Positions 54,973 through 64,000 of a DNA stretch of 64,000 nucleotides are shown in pieces. The translations under genes were made by a program, and so were the position numbers. Positions within the stretch are counted from its first letter, which is position 1; every line of letters starts with the position of its first letter. The stretch lies in assembly GCA_964199315.1 (NCBI GenBank), contig OZ116706.1, positions 7,626,001 to 7,690,000 of the forward strand, given 5' to 3'. This stretch comes from Orbicella franksi (taxonomy: Eukaryota). The notes beneath the pieces were generated by a model. It was not told the DNA's origin, ran no database searches, and worked only from the letters and a program-made list of their open reading frames with translations.

Positions 54973-57275
54973 TTGGTTTTAGGGATATACGCTCTTCGTG
55001 ATGAGCTCTGAAAGAAATGGAGAAAAATGTGAACGTAGTTAGTAATCTATAAAATAAACAGCACCTTTCAAATGTCGGAGTAGATAACCTTGACATAAGG
55101 GCTCTTACTGTCAACTTATTTTAAAACTGATTTTAAATTATAACTCGTACGTTAATACAATCTATTTGCCTCTCATTTGAAAGGCTCTTAGTAAAAGGGG
55201 CGTTATACTTCAAGTGGCAGGAATTTCACTTTTAAGTTGTTCAATTTGAAACAACTTTGTTGAAGATTTTCAATGGTAGTTACAGTCTTGCCAAATTATT
55301 TTAGATAGATCTAAAATTCCCTTGTAATCTTAGATATATATCTATACGTGAACTGTGAATTTTAAAAGATCTTTAAGAGCCCCAATTTCCCGCTGTGACA
55401 ACTGGTTGTGACCCAACTTTAGATCACGAAAGTGAACCTTCTAATAAACGTGATTTTTGCCTGGCAAAGAAATGATAAATTTTGCCACTACGTTGAGAGG
55501 GATTTCGCAAGTTTGATAGAGACACATTAGACTGTGAATGGCTTCAACTGAGGTCTTAACTTTGTCATGAATCTCACCTGTCAAAACCAACGTAATCGTC
55601 TGACAAAATAATGACTTGCTATCCGTGCGCCTTTCAAGTGAAGCGAATTTCAAAACGGTGTTCTAACCTCACTGCATTGAGCCAAGTGTTGCTTAGGGAA
55701 TTTAAGCCTTTAAACAGATCAGAAACACTTACCTAACTATATAAAATCTTGATTTATGATTGAAATACACAAACGAAAGGGACAAGTGAATAGCGAAGAA
55801 TTCAACAAGGAAGTCTCTCTTGACTTGGCATTATCGCATCAGATTTGTCCTTCTTCGTTGAATTCTTGTGCGGCGATCAAATTCCCATGACACTATTCTC
55901 ACTCGGGTGGACGTTGAAATTTCCAAGCCTTTTCTTCAACTTGTGTTCCCAGTTAGAGTAATCTAAGTGAAGTGTATAAAGAACAGGACAGGCCCCGGTA
56001 GAACAAAAACACCAAGTCGGAGTTGAATCTTATCTTTTATTCATGGTGAAAAAAACAATACCGGGCCGTCCATAGGTCACGTGACAGAAATTTCACACCA
56101 CCAGCTCCATAAGGATGTCACACCTGTTAAATTTTTCTCGAATCAATTAGCGCGCTGATCCACCAGTTAAAATAACTTTCAAATTCATTGATCCCTAGTG
56201 TTGAGAATATAAAACCGGGTGGAGTCTTTTTGTTCGAGACCTGTTTTGAGGGTAGCGGGGTTGAAGATCATGGATCGCTAAACTGCATTTTCATTAAAAT
56301 GCTCTGCCTCAATAGAGCGAGAATTATGGAGTTCGATTTAGCTAACGCAGAGATGTATGTTGACACAAACTGCTTTATAATTGTCACCACCTTGGTTAAA
56401 ACTCAACGAAACTTTTAACGTAGATCCTAGGTTTGCTGGTTATTGACATAACATTATTTCTTATAATAACATATTTACTTGAATCGAGTTCCGTTGTTTT
56501 ATCTCCGAAAGAAAAGTTAACTTGAATTACCCGTTACTGGCTTTGTGGAATTGTAGCCGTCTTTGATCGATCAATTCTGGCTAAGCATTTGATATTTCAA
56601 GGCCACATGCGACTGACAAAATGAAATTACAAGCACTCATTGGGAAAAGACCGGAAATGTATTTCCGAGCTTTGCAAAATATTTACATAAAGTACCTTGT
56701 TTCAGTAACTTCTAGCTTCATTTGCTACACCGGTATGTTATCAGGACATGCAGATACCCTCCCAAATCACTTTTCTTTTAGGTTTTAGAGCTAATTTAGA
56801 ACAAAACAAGCTTGACTCAGCAAACAGTTTTCGAAGTTAGTTTTAACGTCAAAAAATTGTTTTTGAATTTTAATTTGTTGTTCGTTCTTTAGATATTATA
56901 TTTATTTAGCTAATTATTTTTGGTGCAATATAAGAACCTCTGAAATGATCTTCAACAGCTGTTCAGAAACAAATCGCACGCGCCAAATTCTGACAACCAT
57001 ACTGCTGCGACGTATGTACTGTGTGATAAGACAAATCTTCTACCTTTACTTTACTCCAGTTTTGGTACGATGAAGTGCTCTATACATGCTATATGGTCAT
57101 TGATTTGGCTCTTACACACCTCAGTAATTGTGAATCCTGTCCAAATCTACACTTGATTTAATGCATTTGACAGGACAGAATTTTTCAAAGAGAGTAATCA
57201 ATTAAAGCGTATAAAAATTCATTTTCCAAAGGCAAAAATGGTAAAGCCACACCGATTTTATATTTGAAAAAAGTG

Positions 57276-57312
<37 letters not shown>

Positions 57313-57989
57313 GAACTAACTTTTTTTGCAGCTCTCGAGGTAGCCGAATAATTAAAAATAACAGTAAAAAAAAAAAAAAAAAAAAAAAAAATGAAAGGAA
57401 AATCTGTTGACAGTTAAACGTGGGAGAGAAATTCGATGGTGAGCGTTTTAAAGACTTAAACGATCGTTGATGTAAACGTTTGTGGGAGAATTACGTTTGA
57501 ACGATGTGAAGCTGTAGCTTGCTTGTCATTACTACGTCATTTAGTTGAATTCTACAGTGTTCTAGTCTGATACAAATGCTACAATCTGATTGGCTAAGCC
57601 ACCGTACACTACTAGCAATTAGGTGAAAGTTGTTCGTTTCATCCAGAGACCCAAAGGCAGTACTTGGGGCAGGATAAAGTAATCTAGGAAAATTTTAAAA
57701 ACAACAAAATTTCGCACAGTTAAGGTCGCTCTGAACAACCTCGACATAATTCTTTTTAAACTTTGCGAAAAGTTGCATCTGATCATGCTTATCACAAATC
57801 GATAATAAAAATAGTGGGTCACCGAGCTCACTTTTGAGTTGTAAGCACTAAAAGCTAAATTTAAGGGCGTTTTAAATAGCTTGTACTGTTGCTATGGTAG
57901 CTATGCTATGAAGATTACCACTATTAGCTCACTAAAGATTGGAAATTCAAGTGATACCAATATTGCAGCATCACTTGAAAAACCATGAT

Positions 57990-58390
57990 AGTATATATCT
58001 GTCAAAGCATAGCTGTTGGAAGAGTTCTAGAAACTGCTGCCAGCCTGCTGACCTGGTTGCATTATACGTTCCGGAAATTCGGATGGAAAAATTCTTCAGA
58101 ACTTACTGCGCCGCAGCTGGTAAGACAAGCGTCCTCGGAGAAAAAGGTTGGGATTGGAAACGACGATATCAGGTGGCCGAGAACTGAGACAGCACTGAAA
58201 TGTTGCAGGAAAACATCCACCATTCCAGATCAGAAATCACTTCATTTCAAGATCACTCCACTCTTGAGGTTTTGTGGAGCTTCTTTGAAGGTGTTGATAA
58301 GCCGGCGCATGAAGATACGTCCGTGGCGCGCACACACGAGGTCACAAAGGATAACGTGCCAGAGTGCCGTTGCAGATCCTTTCGCGTGCA
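57990..58390 (-). mobile_element. Degenerate DIRS/Ngaro-like retrotransposon fragment (RT thumb to RNase H region)
   Basis: Frameshifted pieces RKDLQRHSGTLSFVTSCVR / GRIFMRRLIN / LEWWMF resemble the LQSL.G.LSF...V.PGR.FLRRL...DL.WW..FL pattern of tyrosine-recombinase retroelements; stops and frameshifts present. Confidence 0.55.
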
Positions 58391-58470
58391 AAATTGTTTG
58401 TTCTTGATTGATTGATTGATTGATTGGCACAAGATTACGACAACACAGGTCACGATATGTAAATATTAAG

Positions 58471-58529
<59 letters not shown>

Positions 58530-58542
58530 TATCAATCAATCA
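58471..58542. repeat. (TCAA)n microsatellite, with a short inverted (TTGA)n at 58405-58424
   Basis: About 18 TCAA units. Confidence 0.9.
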
Positions 58543-59279
58543 GGCAAACTGTCCAGTGGATGAACGCAGGTCGACTAAACGTGATAATAACTACATTTGA
58601 TCCAAATACCAAAACATAGATTTCTATGAAGAGATAGCCGAAGAGGCCGAATGTCACATAGTGATCTGAAGCTAATAGGTTTGCGGATAAGTGTTCGGGG
58701 GTGCTGCTTTCGAGTTATGCATGACTGATTTAGACGGGGCAGATTTACTGGCTATGCTAAAATTAACAATTGGTTTGTAAATACTAGCAGTGTGCTACAA
58801 TTGCTATGGATGCACTTGAAGGTTTGGAAAGTATCAGGCTTCGCCTCGACCAACTATTGTGCTCTCCTAAGTATAAACAGATAAACCCACACCTGCGTCC
58901 ATAACTCACTAGACGCAAGCTGGAGTTTGGAGTAGTTCTAGATTAGCTCTAAACTGATCACGTGACTAACACACTTACGAGGTTTATTCTTAACACGCGT
59001 GCACGGGTTGGTCAGCTACAGAAAGAAACATATTTCCGATATTTTGCATCCTGCATAAATAGGATAATGGTCACTGAAACTAGTGTGGAGAACCCCAGAG
59101 CAGGCAATTTTGTTGGGGCAGTTAGTTAATATAACATCGATTAGTGATGTACTTGAATTGGATACCCGTATCGGTCTTTTGATAAGTTGAGACAATTGCT
59201 ATGTCTCAGTAATGGACCTAAGAGTAATGTAATTATTATTATTATTGTTTTGATTTCTTGAAAGGTAGTTACAATTAAT

Positions 59280-59650
59280 TTGGATCACCAACAAGGATAA
59301 TTTCTTTGTCCTCAGAGCCTATTCTACCTATCATCTCTTCAAGGCTTGCTACATGGAATGGGAATTTCGAGACAGATATCCTCAATACCTTCTAAATCTA
59401 AATCTTGACGAATAAGATAATTAATCGTAGACCTAATGTGAATGGCAACACTACCACCCTGACGGATTCTATCCTTTCTTAATAAGTCATACCCATCAAT
59501 AGAAAATGATTCATCCTTTAAGGTGTTAACCCTTAGAGCGAGGAAATCAAGTAATTGCTTACTTAAATTTGATTGAAGCTCTTCAAAATGCTTAGGAAGA
59601 CTCACAATGTTGTGAGAAATAAATTTAAATCCTCTGTTGATGGGAAGCGA
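59280..59650 (-). mobile_element. LINE (L2/CR1-like) ORF2 apurinic endonuclease fragment
   Basis: NIVSLPKHFEEL...FSIDGYDLLRKDRIRQGGSVAIHIRS...EDICLEI matches the I.GY...RKDR...GGGVA.YI motif of non-LTR APE domains; truncated. Confidence 0.85.
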
Positions 59651-61029
59651 GAAATAAAGCTGCATGCATTTCTAAATTCCTCCGACGTAGTGTGGACGGA
59701 GTCTAGTACAAACCTCGACGTCAATGAACATCGCCAAAAAAAAAAGGTTTAATGAGCAAAACAATGACTGTACAAGTGTGTTCAGTAAACCTTTGTACAT
59801 TTCATAGCCTTCCTCTGCAAAACAACGACGCAAAATGATCGCGAACGCGAACGATGAGTCGAACTGCTAATTTTTCGTATTCCCATTTAGAATTGAACGC
59901 CGTCATTACATATTTAGCCTGAGCGAGGTTTTTGAGCCATAGGCATCCTCGACAATTTTACAAGGCGTTGTCCTCGGCGTCGTTGTCGTCATTGTTAAGA
60001 TCCCTATATTTGCATCTCGGATGCTGGAAGGTCGATACACTTGTTTAACATGGGGTCTGTCATCCTAAGTGGCTGCTTTATGCTTTGCTCATGTTTTATC
60101 CCAAGACCAATCGAACGCAGATGAGAGTACCGTGTAAAAACCGAAAAAAATCACATAAATTGCAGCTCTTTGTCAAGATTATCTTAATTCAGCGATTTAG
60201 TTGTCGAGCTTTTCGGTAGGAAGTTTTTCCCTCCTGCTGAAACAATCTCGTTTACGTTACTTCGCCGATGCAATACATTTTCATCTTCCCCATTACTACA
60301 CGGCAATCGTTTGCATCTTCTTCTTCAGTATAGCTTAAGGCTTTGAACACTTAAAGGCCATCGTCATAAATAACGTCCTTGAACATGGCGAGTTGATAGT
60401 CTGGGCTTCCCCGCTACAAACCAAGTAATTATTACAGTATTTCTCTTTCCATAGCTTCCAGTTCTCGAGGATCTCGTCACTTAATTGACCTCAAATCTAA
60501 ATGTCGGGGAGACAATGATATCTGGTGGAATAACATTGAAAATTGTGATGCTTTAGGCGGTGAGGCAACGGAAGCTGTTTTCGCTCATTAAGCCATTCGT
60601 AGACGGTAGACGTTGAAGACGAATTTGAACTACCCTTTCGCTGTAACGTGTAATATTAGATGGCAGAACGAACCTCATCAATCAAGGTTTAATCTGGCTA
60701 CTGTAACTCAAGATACAAAAGGTGAACGCGTATAGCATAAATTACAAAGCCGTTACGGAACATAAGCGTGCATACAAAGAATGTTTGGCAAATTAGCATA
60801 TTATAGCCATAAATTAAGGTATGTCCGCCATTTTGAATAATCAAATCCAGCCTGTGTCAGAGACTCATTTGTCCGGTTTGGCTATGACGTCAGTGCTTTC
60901 TAACTGGCTCACAACTAAGCCTTTTGTTTTTTCGCTTTATAAGTGCGACACCACCCGGATGGTTGGGCGGCTTGTTAACTCCACCGCAATATACACATCT
61001 CTCTTAAAACAATACCTCCTGGATATATA

Positions 61030-62110
61030 ATCAGGTATTCTTCCTCAATCACCCCTAAATATCCCCCCCAATATTCCCTTACAGCCTACATCTCATTAAT
61101 CCCCTACATATACCTAATCATCCTTCATCTCATTAATCCCCCACGTATACCTACACAGGTATTCTTCCTCAACCACCCCTAAATACTCCCCCAACTTTCC
61201 CTCACAGTCTACATCTCATTATTCCCCTACATATACCTACACGGCCTGCATCTCATTAATCCCCTACATATACCTACACAGCCCACATCTCATTAAATCC
61301 CCCACATATGCCTACACAGCCCACATCTCATTAAATCCCCCACATATGCCTACACAGCCTACATCTCATTAATCCCTTACATATACCTACACAGCCTACA
61401 TCTCATTAATCCCCCTACATATACCCACACAGCCTACATCTCATTAAATCCCCCACATATGCCTACACAGCCTACATCTCATTAATCCCTTACATATACC
61501 TACACAACCTACATCTCATTAATCCCCCTACATATACCTACACAGCCTACATCTCATTTATCCCCCACATATACCTACACAGCATACATCTCATCAATTC
61601 CCCTACATATACCTATAAAGCCCACCTCATTAATCCCCCACATATACCTACACAACCTACATCTTATTTATCCCTCTACATATACCTACACATCCTAGAT
61701 TTCATTAATACCCTATAAATACCTACACAGCCTATATCTCATTAATCCCCCACATATACCTACACATCCTACATCGTAATTATCCCCCTACAAATACCTA
61801 CACAGCCTACAGCTCATTAATCCCCCACCTATACCTACAGAACCTACATCTCATTAATTCTCTACATATACCTACACAGCCTACATCTCATTAATCCCCC
61901 TACATATACCTACACACCATACATCCGACTAGTCCCCTACATATACCACAGCCTTCTTCTTATTAATACCCCACATATACCTTCAAGGCCTTAATCTCAT
62001 TAATCCCCCACATATACCTACACAGCATACTTCTCATTAATCCCCCACATATACCAACACAGCCTACATCTCATTTATCCCCCACATATACCTTCACAGT
62101 TTGCATTTCA
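61030..62110. repeat. ~38-bp minisatellite, ~28 copies
   Basis: Consensus ATATACCTACACAGCCTACATCTCATTAATCCCCCTAC. Confidence 0.93.
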
Positions 62111-63689
62111 TTAAATCGTTTTTAGAGTCATTACTCATCATATTCAGTGGCTATCAACTCACGTAGAACCAAGTAGTCTTATCATATCTTGGAATAAGTA
62201 AATTGACTATCGTTATTCAAATTATCCGTTCACTTACCGTTTCGCTAGCAAGTCCTAGCGGTAACTAACCGCGCATCGAGTGAATAGCACCGGGACATGT
62301 GATTATTGTCTTTAAATGAGGTGCAACTTGTGAAATAGGATCGACACAGGTTAGACGTTTGTTACCACGCTTGAATTAAGTCGTCTCTTTGAAGTTATTC
62401 GACGGGACTTGGATTCGACGTTTGCCCTTGGCCTTAGTGTAGAGCCTCGACTCAAAGATTTAGTTCGAGAATATTACGTGAGGGTGCTTCATGTGGTTAT
62501 CGACATGCAACCATTGATAAAGTTTGATGATCTATTTATCGCTCGGTTTAGACTTAAGGAAGTTACTGGGTTGCTGTTATTTAGCTAGGTCAGTTAGTGC
62601 GGCGTTAGACAATGTTAGAGAATTTTTTTTTGGTGATTTCAGATAACTTGTACTTTGGCTGGATAGGGTTGAAAAGTGAACAAATGTAAACGAATTAAAC
62701 GCAGAAGCCAATGAAATGTAACTGTTCCCATACTGCCAGAAAAATTGTGTGCGACGCGTGGCCTTTTGTCTGCATTTTACCCCGGGTCCGCAATGCTGAC
62801 CGGCTGTCATGCCAATATCACGTGTTCCTTGTTTGTCCAGCGTTAGCTGTCGTGACACTGAAAAGGTTACGTAGATAATTTATGCAAGGAACACAATTAT
62901 CAACGGTAACACAGACGGTCGATTCTTTTTTTTTACTCAAGAGAGATTGGTTCGTCGCTGATATCACGCGTAAAGGGCAAGAGGCCCTTTCTTGGTGTCC
63001 TAGAAGCCTATTCTCGTCGTTTAAAACCGGTCAAGACAACAGGTGAAACATGAAGTCTTTTATTTTACTGCGGAGCTATTTTTAATATACACCATTGGTA
63101 AATACATGTGCAGTACTGCTTCGAAGTTAGATTCTGTTTATTGAGGGACTGGTAAAGCTATGTTCGTTAAAATGACTTCAATGTCGTCGGCAAAAATGAG
63201 ATTAATTCAAATTTAACGTGAATATGAATTACGTGCGGTTTTATTAGCATTTCTTTCTGTCGAGCAGCTTTCGTAGATATTGTACGCTTTTAAAGCATGT
63301 TTAGAGCGAACAGGTTATTTGACACCAGCTGGGCCTAACACGTGGCGATTATGGCGATTTCTTCGCGGTTCGTCATTGTCGGGGATAGCGCACAGACCTA
63401 AAACTTGGAGAAGTGTCTTCTTTATTTATCTTCTATAAGATCGCATTTTCTTGACTTGATCCACAGAATGGTTTTTGATTTACTTTTTTATTGCGTGACA
63501 GGGAAAACCATCTGCGGCATTATCACAGATGCATGTGTTATGAAGTACATTTCCGGTGATTTGATAGCACACTCTTCTTTTTAGAGATTGACACGCGATC
63601 TCGTGATATCGCGGCTGTAATAAGGAGGTTTGTTATATGAGTTTAAAATAGATACATCTATAGGCTTTTGTTCTTGGGCCATCGTAGTT

Positions 63690-63776
63690 TAACGAGGAAT
63701 AAAACACAAATAGCGGTGATAAACATGCGTAAGTTTAATATGTTTATCACCGCTATTTGTGTTTTATTCCTCGTTA
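63690..63776. repeat. Perfect 37-bp inverted repeat with 13-nt loop
   Basis: TAACGAGGAATAAAACACAAATAGCGGTGATAAACAT-gcgtaagtttaat-ATGTTTATCACCGCTATTTGTGTTTTATTCCTCGTTA. Confidence 0.92.
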
Positions 63777-64000
63777 GATACATCTATTTTACTATTTTAC
63801 AATTTCTAAAGCAATTTTTTTTAAAAAAAAGCATTATTTCCCTCGCGCAGAATGTCATTGTTCTCGGGACATTTACTTACAGTTCATGAAATATCTTAGA
63901 TCTGTCATACTGCCTATATATTATTATTCAAATAATCCATCAAGGATTTTTTTTTATTATTGTCCTGGTTAATTTTGCATGTCTTAAACGCTAATTTAAT

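Overview
AT-rich, intron-rich animal genomic DNA. The repeat landscape (tRNA-derived SINEs, Harbinger- and Kolobok-type MITEs) suggests a stony coral or other anthozoan; this is inference. Most entries in the ORF track are artefacts, so genes were rebuilt by hand from splice sites. Contents in order: (1) an unidentified minus-strand ORF running off the left edge; (2) tryptophan 2,3-dioxygenase (TDO2, +, 13 exons found at 2757-9172, 5' exon(s) not found); (3) a tandem cluster of seven U5 snRNA genes on the minus strand (11.37-21.37 kb), with a ~4-kb 23-bp satellite in one spacer and a ~300-bp type I hammerhead-ribozyme element inserted with an 11-bp target-site duplication at the 3' end of one U5 copy; (4) a complete cathepsin O-like gene (-, 12 exons, 23742-33398) whose catalytic Cys lies in a 14-nt microexon, convergent with TDO2 as in human 4q32; (5) a secreted mucin-like gene (-, 19 coding exons, ~818 aa, 42839-54972) with three SEA-like modules, P/A/T/V-rich tracts, a GON-like motif and basic cleavage sites; (6) LINE and DIRS/Ngaro remnants, a 38-bp minisatellite and a perfect hairpin toward the right end. 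No database searches were run.
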